From Kiritimatiellota bacterium (GTDB taxonomy: Bacteria > Verrucomicrobiota > Kiritimatiellia > RFP12 > UBA1067): a DNA stretch of 64,000 nt. Below, piece after piece: positions 36,341 to 45,223 of this stretch (position 1 is its first letter; every line of letters starts with the position of its first letter). Where the stretch lies: positions 3,836-67,835 of the forward strand of contig WRJS01000002.1 of NCBI GenBank assembly GCA_009778475.1, given 5' to 3'. A model generated the notes under the pieces. The model searched no databases. It was given only the letters and a program-made list of their open reading frames with translations, and was not told the DNA's origin. The position numbers were made by a program, and so were the translations under genes.

Positions 36341-38758
36341 ATGAATGTATTTTCTCGTGGACGGTGGACGTGGGGCGTCGGCGCCCGTTTGATGGGGGCG
36401 CTGGCGTGTGTGTGTTTGGGCGCGGTGGCGCTGGCGGCGGCGAAGGCGCCGGAGCGTGAGGAGGTGGCGCAGGCGCTGGAGGGGACGCAGCATAAGCGGC
36501 TGGACGCGAAGTCGGCGCTGCGGTTCTTCCAGTTGGTGACGGCGTTCGACGAGGCGACGAACAAGGTCGCGGTCGCGGCGGCGGCGTATGCGGAGGCGGC
36601 GGTGAAGGCCCAGTCGCTGGAGGCGGAGCACGCGGAGCGGTTCGGGCTGGACCCGTCGAAGCAATACCTCTATGAGCACGCGAGCGGGAAACTGTTCCGG
36701 CTGGAGGTGCAGGACGGCAGGCCGCCGAAGGTGGTGCGCATCGCGGAGCGGCGGATGGAGCCGGAGGAGGGCAAGGCGTACCTCGCGGCGCAGGGCGCGC
36801 GGGTGGAGGCGATCGCGGGCCAGCAGGCGGCGACGGAGGTCATCGCGGCGGAGGAGGCCGCGGCGGCGGCGGCGCTGGTGGCGCTGCGCAAGGAGTTCGG
36901 CGTGGATGACCATGCGTGGGCGGACCTGTACCTCGTGCCGGGGCGCACGGATGTGATGCTGGTGCAGGGGCGGTACCCGGTGCTGCCGCCGGTGCCGGTG
37001 GTGCCGACGAAGGACGGGGAGGTTCCGGCGGGGACGTTCTGGGTGCATGGCGTGAATTTCGCGTTCCCGGAGGGGAGCGGGCGGGTGATGGCGCGGCTGG
37101 CGGATGCGGCGGCGCGGCTGGACGCGGCGGCCCCGGCGGAGCTGACGCATGAGTCTGAGGAGTGGGGCAAGGAGCAGGTGGAGGTCGCGGACTTGGCGGC
37201 GGTGCTGCGCAAGGGGCGCGTGTCGGTGGGCGAGGGCGCGGTGGCGGTGCGCTCGCAGGTGCGCAACGGGGAGTTCGTCGCGCCGGGGTCGGTGATGCCG
37301 GCGGTGTCGAACCTGCTGGAGTCGGTGCGCGCGTCGGGCTTCTACATCGCGGGGCTGAGCCGCCCGATCGAGCCGCCGGTGGACGGCGTGCTGACGGTGC
37401 ATCTGGACCCGGGCAGGGTAGGGGACGTGACGGTGGCGTTTCAGGGCAAGGACGGCGAGGAGGGCGAGCCGTCGGAGACGGGGCGCTGGTTCTCGGGCGA
37501 TCAGATCCGGCGCAACTTCGAGCGTTCGGCGCCGGGGCGGCCGTTCAATTACGGTGCGCTCTATGACGCGCTGGCCGGGGTGAACGAGAACCCGGACCTT
37601 GCGGTGGACACGGATGTGAAGGTCCGGCAGGAGCAGGGCGAGGACGGCGCGGTGTCGCGCGTGGCGGACCTGAAGTTGGACGTGCGCGAGTCGATGCCGA
37701 TCCACGGGGCGGTGCAGGTGGGCAACGACGGGAGCAAGCAGTCGGGCAACTGGTGGGCGGGCGCGTCGCTGCGGCACCACAACCTGACGCGGCACGAGGA
37801 TATCCTTTCGGTGGAGGCGCAGGTGGCGCTGAAAGACGCGTCGATGTGGGCGGTGCAGGGCAGTTACCTCTTGCCGCACAGCCTGTGGCTCGGCGGGACG
37901 ATCGGGGTCTATGGCGGGTATTCGGAACTGAACATCAATGACTTGGTGCCGGACATCGGCGTGAGCGGGATGGGCAAGTACGTGGGCCTGCGCTTGTCGC
38001 AGCGTCTGCTGGAGACGCGGATGCACCGCATTGAGTTGGCGCTCGGGCAGACGTTCCGCTGGACGACGGAGAATCTGGAGTTCGCCGGGTACGCCGTGGA
38101 CAAGCGCGACGCGATGATCGCGCCGTATTATGTGCAGTTGCTCTGGCAGCAGAAGATGCTGGACGCGCTGGCGGGGCGTACGTTCGCGATGCTGGAGGCG
38201 TCGCACAATTTCAAGGGCTGGCTCGGCACGCCGTCGGATCTGGATTCGCTGCGCATCGGGGCGGACGGGGATTATACGGTCGGGCGCGCGCAGGTGGCGC
38301 GTCTGCAGGCCCTGAGCAAGGGGTCGGGCGACGGGCTGGATTCGCGCTGGACGCTGTTCGCGCGGGCGACGGGGCAGGCCTCGGATTCGCCGCTGGTGGC
38401 GATGGAGCAGTTCGGGCTGGGCGGGATGTCCACGGTGCGCGGTTATGCGGAGCGCGAGTTGCTGGGCGACAGCGCGTTGTTCGCGTCGCTCGAGGTGCGC
38501 ACGCCGGTGCTGCGCCTGTTTGACGACCTGAAGGACCGCTTGCAGTTCGTGGCGTTCCTCGACTCGGGCTGGGCGGACCTGCGCAACACCCAGCCGGGCG
38601 AGGACGGCGACACGTACCTGCTGAGCGCGGGCCTCGGGCTGCGCTACGCGGTGTGGAAGAACGCGATGCTGCGTTTCGACTGGGGCTTCCCGCTCGAGAA
38701 GACGTTTGACTCGGACAGCAAGGGGCGCGGGCACCTGAACCTGCAACTTCAATTTTAA
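36341..38758 (+). CDS. two-partner secretion outer-membrane transporter TpsB (ShlB/FhaC family) with an unusual ~260-aa Ala-rich N-terminal extension
   Basis: POTRA-like region, GGMSTVRGY signature, beta-barrel with alternating hydrophobics, terminal ...LNLQLQF (C-terminal Phe). Signal peptide present. The minus-strand 807-aa ORF is shadow. Confidence 0.8.
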   Translation: MNVFSRGRWTWGVGARLMGALACVCLGAVALAAAKAPEREEVAQALEGTQHKRLDAKSALRFFQLVTAFDEATNKVAVAAAAYAEAAVKAQSLEAEHAERFGLDPSKQYLYEHASGKLFRLEVQDGRPPKVVRIAERRMEPEEGKAYLAAQGARVEAIAGQQAATEVIAAEEAAAAAALVALRKEFGVDDHAWADLYLVPGRTDVMLVQGRYPVLPPVPVVPTKDGEVPAGTFWVHGVNFAFPEGSGRVMARLADAAARLDAAAPAELTHESEEWGKEQVEVADLAAVLRKGRVSVGEGAVAVRSQVRNGEFVAPGSVMPAVSNLLESVRASGFYIAGLSRPIEPPVDGVLTVHLDPGRVGDVTVAFQGKDGEEGEPSETGRWFSGDQIRRNFERSAPGRPFNYGALYDALAGVNENPDLAVDTDVKVRQEQGEDGAVSRVADLKLDVRESMPIHGAVQVGNDGSKQSGNWWAGASLRHHNLTRHEDILSVEAQVALKDASMWAVQGSYLLPHSLWLGGTIGVYGGYSELNINDLVPDIGVSGMGKYVGLRLSQRLLETRMHRIELALGQTFRWTTENLEFAGYAVDKRDAMIAPYYVQLLWQQKMLDALAGRTFAMLEASHNFKGWLGTPSDLDSLRIGADGDYTVGRAQVARLQALSKGSGDGLDSRWTLFARATGQASDSPLVAMEQFGLGGMSTVRGYAERELLGDSALFASLEVRTPVLRLFDDLKDRLQFVAFLDSGWADLRNTQPGEDGDTYLLSAGLGLRYAVWKNAMLRFDWGFPLEKTFDSDSKGRGHLNLQLQF

Positions 38759-38916
38759 GGGACGCGGGGACTATGATGATGGCGATGGGACTACAGGACT
38801 ACGGGACACCGGGACTACGGGGCGGGGACTGCGGGACGCGGGGACACACGTTCCGTCGTCCCGAAATCGCAGTCCTGTCGTCCAGAGTCCGTCGTCCCCA
38901 AAATGAGGAGAACAAA
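38759..38916. repeat. family-A intergenic element A1 (GGGAC-tract / GTCCC-tract imperfect palindrome)
   Basis: gggacgcggggac...gggactacaggactacgggacaccgggactacgggg...ccgtcgtcccgaaatcgcagtcctgtcgtccagagtccgtcgtcccc, followed by GAGGAG-N7-ATG of tpsA. Confidence 0.7.
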
Positions 38917-41900
38917 ATGAAGGTTTTCAATTTCTTTCGTGGACGGATGTCGCGCGTCATTGCCGCGCTGGCGCTGTGGGGCCTGCTGGCGCCGATGGGC
39001 GCGTTCGCGTTGCCGCAGGGCGGCAGCGTCCGCTCGGGCGATGTGTCGTGGGGCAGTTCAGGCGGCACGATGACGGTCAACCAGCAGTCGGCGCGCGCGA
39101 TCATCAACTGGAACACGTTCAGCATCGGCAGCACGGAGACGGTGCAGTTCAACCAGCCCGACGCGAGCGCGGCCATCCTGAACCGCGTGACGGGGCCGTA
39201 CTCGAGCGACATTTTCGGCAGCCTGCTGGCGAACGGCAACGTCTATCTCATCAACCCCAACGGCATCCTCTTCGGGGCGGGCGCGCGCATCAACGTGGGC
39301 GGGCTCGTGGCCTCGACGTTCGACATCTCGGACGATGACTTCAACCTCGGGAAACTCGACTTCAAGAACACGGGCAATTCCGGCAAGGTGGTGAACCGCG
39401 GCAGCATCTCGGCCGCGTCGTTCGCGTACCTGATCGGCGCGGGCGTGGAGAACCACGGCACGATCACAACCCCGGCCGCCGCGCTGGCCGCGGGGCACAG
39501 CCGGATCGTGATCGACCGCACGGCCATGGGCGGCGAGATCCGCCTGAGCGTGGACGCGGACATGGCGCCGATCTCCTTCACGACGTTCGACGCGCCGCAG
39601 GGCATGGCCAACGTCATCAACACGGGCGTGATTGACGCCTCGGGCGCGACGGGCGGCGACGTGGCCTTGCAGGGCGTGAACGTCGTGCAGTCCGGCACGA
39701 TCCGCGCAGACGGCATCGAGGGCGACGGCGGGCGCGTGCGCCTCTTCGGCGAACGCCTCGTCACGCTGGGCAGTGACAGCGTGACCACCGCGAACGCGGG
39801 GCGCGCGGGCGACGGCGGGCGCATCGAACTCATCTCCAGGGATTTCCTCGGCGTGTACGAGCGCGCCTACATCGCGGCGCGGGGCGGGACCCTGCGCGGC
39901 AACGGCGGCTTCGTGGAGACGAGCGGCCACGAGCGTTTCGTCATCGAGGCCGCGCCGGACGTGGGCGCGTACAACGGGCGCGGCGGCGAGTGGCTGATCG
40001 ACCCGCGCGACATCACGATCGTCGCGGTCGGCGACGAGGGGTGGGTGTGGAACGACAACGATATGTTCGCCCTCTGGGACAACACGAAGATTAAGGTCGC
40101 GGACATCCTCTCGGGCTTGGCGAACGGCGACGTGACCATCCACACGGGGACGGACGGAACGGCGGACGGCGACATCCATGTGAACGCGGACATCGGCTAT
40201 GCCATCCATCCCGGCACCACGCTGACGCTGGACGCGGCGCGGGACGTCAACCTCAACGCCAACGTCACGGCCGGCGCGGACAACACGCTCGGCCTCACCG
40301 CCGGGCGCGACGTGAACCAGAACAACGGCAACGTGCAGGTCGGCACGGTGGATTTCGACGTGGCGGGCGATGTCACGATGACAAGGCCGGACAACCGCAT
40401 CGGGACGCTCACGGGGACGGTCGGTGGCAACCTCGACCTCGCCAACAACCGCACGCTCAACCTCGACGGCCTGCGCGTCGCGGACGGCACGACCACGCTC
40501 AACGTCAACGGCGACCTCACGGATGCGGGCGCGAACACGCTTGCGGATCTGACCGTGCGCACGACGGGCGACATCGTCCTCGACGCGGCCAACGACTTGG
40601 GCGCGGTCACCGCCAACGCCAACAACGGCAAGGGCAGCATCACGCTCCGCGACGCGGCGGGCGACCTCAACGACGACGGCATCGTCCTGCGCAACATCGA
40701 CGGCGGCACGCTCACCGTCATCGCGGACGACGGCAGCATCACCCAGCAGGGCGGCACGCGCGTCCAGATTCTGGCGGACGCGGACGCGGGGATTTCGGGC
40801 GCGACCGACCTGACCGCGGCCGACCAGATCACTCTCTTTAATAGGAGAAACGATTTCGGCGGGCCCGTGAGCGCACGCGCGGCGGGCATCCAGTTGCGCG
40901 ACCGCAACAGCATCGTCCTCGACGAGATCGTCGCGGGCGTGGACGGGCTGACGGTGCGCACGGACCGCGGCGCCATCACGCAGATGGACGGTTACCCGGC
41001 CATCAGCGTCTTGGGCGAGACGCGCCTCACCGCGCGTAACGGTCGGCGCCCGGCGGACATTCTCCTCGAGAACGGGTTCAACAATTTCGTCGGCGCGGTC
41101 CATGCCGACGGCCGCAACATCGCGCTCACGGATGTGGACAGCATCCGCCTCGGGCGCATCGACGCCACGCGCACGCTCACCGTCCATGCGGACGGCGGCG
41201 ACATCACGCAGACGCCCGACGGCGTGCGGGTGCGGGGCGAGACCACGCTCTTCGCCACGGGCGACATCACGCTCGACAACCCCGTCAACGATTTCATCAA
41301 CGGCCCCGTCCACGCCAAGGGCATCAACATCGCGCTCACCGACGCCAACGACATCCTGCTCGGGCGCGTCGAGGCCGGCAACGCCGACGTGCGCGGCACG
41401 CTCGACGTGATCGCGCTCGACGGCGACATCACGCAGACGGCCGACGGCATCCTCGCGACGGGCGAGGCCACCTTCACCGCCGAGGGCAACGCCATCGCGC
41501 TCGGCGAGGCCGCGAACGATTTCCAGGACACCGTGAACGCCTACGCCAACGACGTCACCCTCACCGACGGCGCGGGCGGCATCAGCATCGGCCGCGTCAA
41601 GGCGCTGGCCGACCCCGGCGACGAGACGGCCGCGGAGACGGTCGTCATCACCGCGCTCAACGGCGGCATCACGGACGCGCAGCAGGAGACCGTCGGGCAT
41701 GACGCGGAGGGCTTCGCCACGATGGACGGGCCGCGCATCGTCAACATCATCGCCAACAACCTGCTGCTGCTCGCGGACGGCGACATCGGCGCGGTCGGCA
41801 CACCGCTGGACATCAACGCCGGGACATTGGCGGCGCGTTCGCTCGGCGGCAGCATCTGGCTGTTCGACTCCGGCGCGCTGACCCTCGGCACGGTCAACGG

Positions 41901-44802
41901 CATCGCGGGGCTCACGGCGGCGAACCATGCGAAGGTGGAGACCCTCAACGGGCCGCTCACGGTTGACCAGCGCGTTCTGGCGGGTGGCGACGTGTTGCTC
42001 GCCGCCAACGGCCCCGGCTCGGACGTGACGCTCAACGCCTTGGCTGCGGCGGTCGGGAACCTCACGGTGCTGGCGGCGCGGGACGTCGCGCAAAATGCGC
42101 TTCTGGCGGCACGGCAGACGGTTGACGTCGAGGCCAAGGGCGGGGCCGTCACCATGGGCGGCGGCGCCGCGACGGTCGGCGGCACGGTCGCCTACTACAC
42201 GGCGGGCGACATGGCCGTGACGCGCATCGCGGGCGGCAACGTCCGCCTCGAGGCGGAAGGCAGCATCACGGACGCGAACCTGAACAACGCGCCGAACATC
42301 CTCGCGCAGAACGCCCAACTCGTGGCGGGCGGCTCGGTCGGCGGCGCGGGCGGCACGGAGAGCGACGCCAACCCGCAGGCGCTCAACACCATCGTCGGCA
42401 CGCTGGCGGTGGACGCGGGCCAGAGCGCTTACATCCGCAACACGGGCAATCTGGAAATCGGCGCGGTCGCGCCCATCAACGTCAACCGCGTCGCGCTGGA
42501 CAGCACCACCACGCCGCTTGCGGGGGACGCGCTGTCCGGCGCGACCGCCGGGAACAACCTGAAAATCCTCAACACGCGCGGCGCACTCAACGTGACCTCC
42601 GGCGTGACCGCGCGGGACGGCGACCTCCTGCTGTGGGCGCAGCGCGGCGCGTTGGACATCGGCGCGGACGTGACGGCGGGGAACCTGCTCACGCTCGCGG
42701 GCGAGGGCGTCCGCCTCGGCGCGGGCCTGCTGGCGGGCGGCGACCTGTCCGTGAACGCCGGGGGCGGCAGCCTCACGCTCGGCGCGGGCTATTCGATTGA
42801 CGCGGGGAGCGCGCGCCTGACGGCCGACGGCGACATCGCGCTCGACCGCATCACCGCGCGTGACGTGGTGAGCGTCGTGGCGGGCGGCGACATCACCGAC
42901 GCGAACGCGGACGACACCGCGAACATCACGGCGGCGCGCGTGCGCCTGCAGGCGAGCGGCAGCATCGGCTCGGGCGACGGCGAGGAGAGCGACGCGAACC
43001 CCACGGCGGTGAACGTTGCGGCGGGCAACCTCGAGGCCATCGCCGAAGGCAACATCTATCTGCAGGCGGAGGGCGGCCTGACCATCGGCGGGGTAGGGGA
43101 CGTGACCCTCTCCGAGGCGCGGTTTGACAGCGGCGCCACCATGGCCGTGCGCGACACGGACCTGACGGGCGTGACGGCGGTCAACGGCGTGGCGAAGATC
43201 AAGGCCGGCGCGTTGACGGTGGACGAGGGCGTCACCGCCGGGACCGACGCGCTGCTGCTCACGACCGAGGGCGACCTCACGCTGAACGCGGCGCTGAACG
43301 CGGTCGGCATGGCGTCGCTCTTCGCGGCGGGCAACCTCAACCAGAACGCCGACATCACCGCGGGCGGCGACATCTTCCTCAGCGGCGCGAGCATCCTGAC
43401 GGCCAGCGGCATCGCGCTCCACGGCGACAACGTGCGCTATGCGTCCACGCTCGACGCGCTCATCGGCAACATCACCGCGAACGGCCTCGTGAACATCGTC
43501 GCCGGGCGCGACATCATCGACGCCAACCACGACAACGCGGCGAACATCGTAGCCGACCGCATCCGCCTCGAGGCGGGCGGCTCTGTCGGCAGCGCGGCCG
43601 ACGCGCTGGACATCGAGGCCAACACCGTCGCCGTGCAGGCTACGGGCGAGGCGTACCTGCGCTCACAAGGCGACATCACCATCGGCCGCATCGAGCAGGT
43701 GGAGACCGACTACGCGCGCTTCGACAGCGGCACCACGACCGTGATCGACCCGCCGCTGGCGGGCCTCACGACGGGCGGCAACGCCTCGCTGGTCTCCGTC
43801 AACGGCAACATCGGCCAGACGACGGGCGGCGATGTGTTTGTCGGCGGCACGACGCGGCTGGAGGCCCGCAACGGCGACGTCACGCTGGAGAACGCGAACA
43901 ACGATTTCGTCGGCCAGGTGGACGGCGTGGCGCGGAACATCTACCTGCGCGACCGCAACGACCTCTTCGTCGGGCAACTCGCCGCCAACGGTCACGTCCG
44001 CCTCACGGCCGCGGGCAGCATCCTCGCGGCGCAGGGCTACCCCAACGTGATCGCCGGGACCGCGGAGTTTTACTCGGGCCGCGACATCGGCCACCCGCTC
44101 TACATCAGCGTGGGCACGATCATCAACGCCATCGCCGGGGGCAACATCTCCCTCACGCAGGTCTCGGGCAACATGAACATCCTCGGCCAGGTCTATGCCG
44201 GGGGCAACGTGCGCCTCGACGTGCTGCACGGCGGCATCGTTGACGCCGACGGCGACGGCTACGTGCCGCCGTGGCGCGTCACGCCCGACAACGCCGACAT
44301 CTATTCCGGCGGCACCATGACGCTGATCGCGGACTTCGTCGGGACGCTGCGCGAGCCGGTGGAGATCATCGCGGGCCGCGGGCTGTGGCTGGGGTCGCAC
44401 CGCCCGCCCGCGCCGCCAAACGGCGCGTTCCCGTGGGTGGTCGTCAACGGCCGCGTCGGCGGCGGCGCACGCAACATCCACGTCAACCAGAGCGGCGTGC
44501 CGGGGCTGGTGATTTACAACGGCCAGCCGATCTGGGGGCCGTGGTGGACGATGCGGCAGTTCCAACTGGCCCAGCGCTCGCTCGCGGACAACGACCAGCC
44601 CAACCTGCTGGACAGCGGCATCGTCAAGTTGCCGTGGTTCCTGCACCCCGACATGAGCCTCCTCTCCCCCGCCCCCGTGCGCGACGACCTGCGCGAGGCC
44701 GAGGAGAAGGGGATCACGGGGCTGGACGAGGACCTCCCCGAGGACGCGCCGCGCACAAAGGCCCTCGGCCTGCCCGTGACGATGATGGGGGGAGGACGGT
44801 AG
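38917..44802 (+). CDS. TpsA-type exoprotein (filamentous haemagglutinin-like) with N-terminal TPS secretion domain
   Basis: Extended signal peptide, then PQGGSVRSGDVSWG...ARAIINWNTFSIGSTETVQFNQP...ILNRVTG...ANGNVYLINPNGILFGAGARINVGGLVAST, a near-textbook FhaB/ShlA TPS domain. About 1700 aa of beta-helical Gly/Asp/Asn-rich repeats follow. No VENN motif. Confidence 0.88.
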   Translation: MKVFNFFRGRMSRVIAALALWGLLAPMGAFALPQGGSVRSGDVSWGSSGGTMTVNQQSARAIINWNTFSIGSTETVQFNQPDASAAILNRVTGPYSSDIFGSLLANGNVYLINPNGILFGAGARINVGGLVASTFDISDDDFNLGKLDFKNTGNSGKVVNRGSISAASFAYLIGAGVENHGTITTPAAALAAGHSRIVIDRTAMGGEIRLSVDADMAPISFTTFDAPQGMANVINTGVIDASGATGGDVALQGVNVVQSGTIRADGIEGDGGRVRLFGERLVTLGSDSVTTANAGRAGDGGRIELISRDFLGVYERAYIAARGGTLRGNGGFVETSGHERFVIEAAPDVGAYNGRGGEWLIDPRDITIVAVGDEGWVWNDNDMFALWDNTKIKVADILSGLANGDVTIHTGTDGTADGDIHVNADIGYAIHPGTTLTLDAARDVNLNANVTAGADNTLGLTAGRDVNQNNGNVQVGTVDFDVAGDVTMTRPDNRIGTLTGTVGGNLDLANNRTLNLDGLRVADGTTTLNVNGDLTDAGANTLADLTVRTTGDIVLDAANDLGAVTANANNGKGSITLRDAAGDLNDDGIVLRNIDGGTLTVIADDGSITQQGGTRVQILADADAGISGATDLTAADQITLFNRRNDFGGPVSARAAGIQLRDRNSIVLDEIVAGVDGLTVRTDRGAITQMDGYPAISVLGETRLTARNGRRPADILLENGFNNFVGAVHADGRNIALTDVDSIRLGRIDATRTLTVHADGGDITQTPDGVRVRGETTLFATGDITLDNPVNDFINGPVHAKGINIALTDANDILLGRVEAGNADVRGTLDVIALDGDITQTADGILATGEATFTAEGNAIALGEAANDFQDTVNAYANDVTLTDGAGGISIGRVKALADPGDETAAETVVITALNGGITDAQQETVGHDAEGFATMDGPRIVNIIANNLLLLADGDIGAVGTPLDINAGTLAARSLGGSIWLFDSGALTLGTVNGIAGLTAANHAKVETLNGPLTVDQRVLAGGDVLLAANGPGSDVTLNALAAAVGNLTVLAARDVAQNALLAARQTVDVEAKGGAVTMGGGAATVGGTVAYYTAGDMAVTRIAGGNVRLEAEGSITDANLNNAPNILAQNAQLVAGGSVGGAGGTESDANPQALNTIVGTLAVDAGQSAYIRNTGNLEIGAVAPINVNRVALDSTTTPLAGDALSGATAGNNLKILNTRGALNVTSGVTARDGDLLLWAQRGALDIGADVTAGNLLTLAGEGVRLGAGLLAGGDLSVNAGGGSLTLGAGYSIDAGSARLTADGDIALDRITARDVVSVVAGGDITDANADDTANITAARVRLQASGSIGSGDGEESDANPTAVNVAAGNLEAIAEGNIYLQAEGGLTIGGVGDVTLSEARFDSGATMAVRDTDLTGVTAVNGVAKIKAGALTVDEGVTAGTDALLLTTEGDLTLNAALNAVGMASLFAAGNLNQNADITAGGDIFLSGASILTASGIALHGDNVRYASTLDALIGNITANGLVNIVAGRDIIDANHDNAANIVADRIRLEAGGSVGSAADALDIEANTVAVQATGEAYLRSQGDITIGRIEQVETDYARFDSGTTTVIDPPLAGLTTGGNASLVSVNGNIGQTTGGDVFVGGTTRLEARNGDVTLENANNDFVGQVDGVARNIYLRDRNDLFVGQLAANGHVRLTAAGSILAAQGYPNVIAGTAEFYSGRDIGHPLYISVGTIINAIAGGNISLTQVSGNMNILGQVYAGGNVRLDVLHGGIVDADGDGYVPPWRVTPDNADIYSGGTMTLIADFVGTLREPVEIIAGRGLWLGSHRPPAPPNGAFPWVVVNGRVGGGARNIHVNQSGVPGLVIYNGQPIWGPWWTMRQFQLAQRSLADNDQPNLLDSGIVKLPWFLHPDMSLLSPAPVRDDLREAEEKGITGLDEDLPEDAPRTKALGLPVTMMGGGR

Positions 44803-45220
44803 GGAGAGTGTGGAGAGTGGAGGGTGGAGAGTGGAGTTGCGAAGGGACGATGGGACAAGGGGACGCAAGGACGATGATGATGGCGGATTTGGGGACTACG
44901 GACTACAGGACTACAGGACTACGGATTGGGGACGAAGGGACGCAAGGACAGTGATGATGGCGGAGGGACTACAGGACTACGGGACTACGGGACTACGGCT
45001 TTCGGGACGTGGGGACGCGGGGACATGGGGACAGCGGCTGCTTAAAAGCCGTTGTCCCGTTGTCCCGTGTCCCGTCGTCCCGAAAGCCGCCGCCGCCGTC
45101 CCCTCGTCCCCTCGTCCCCCCACAACTCCACTCTCCACACTCCACTCTCCACACTCCTCTTTCCACACTCCACTCTCCACCCTCCACTCTCAACACTCGC
45201 CCCACCGTCCCCTCGTCCCG
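44803..45220. repeat. family-A element A2: ~400-bp composite imperfect palindrome (GGAGAGTGGAG arms, GGGACTACGG repeats, G4 motif, 12-bp stem hairpin, CCCGT tracts)
   Basis: Left arm gagagtgtggagagtggagggtggagagtggag pairs with right arm ctccactctccacactccactctccacactcc. Core gggacgtggggacgcggggacatggggacagcggctgcttaaaagccgttgtcccgttgtccc. Internal duplication of a gatgatggcgga..ggactacgg module. Confidence 0.8.
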
Positions 45221-45223
45221 ATA

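Noticed and set aside
36329-38752. 807-aa minus-strand ORF antisense to tpsB
   Set aside because: Arg/Pro/His-rich nonsense composition. The + strand encodes clear TpsB signatures (STVRGY, C-terminal Phe).
38917-44802. CdiA-type contact-dependent inhibition toxin with immunity gene
   Set aside because: No VENN or pretoxin motif, no small immunity-like ORF directly downstream (the next gene is a 770-aa LRR protein). Kept as generic TpsA.
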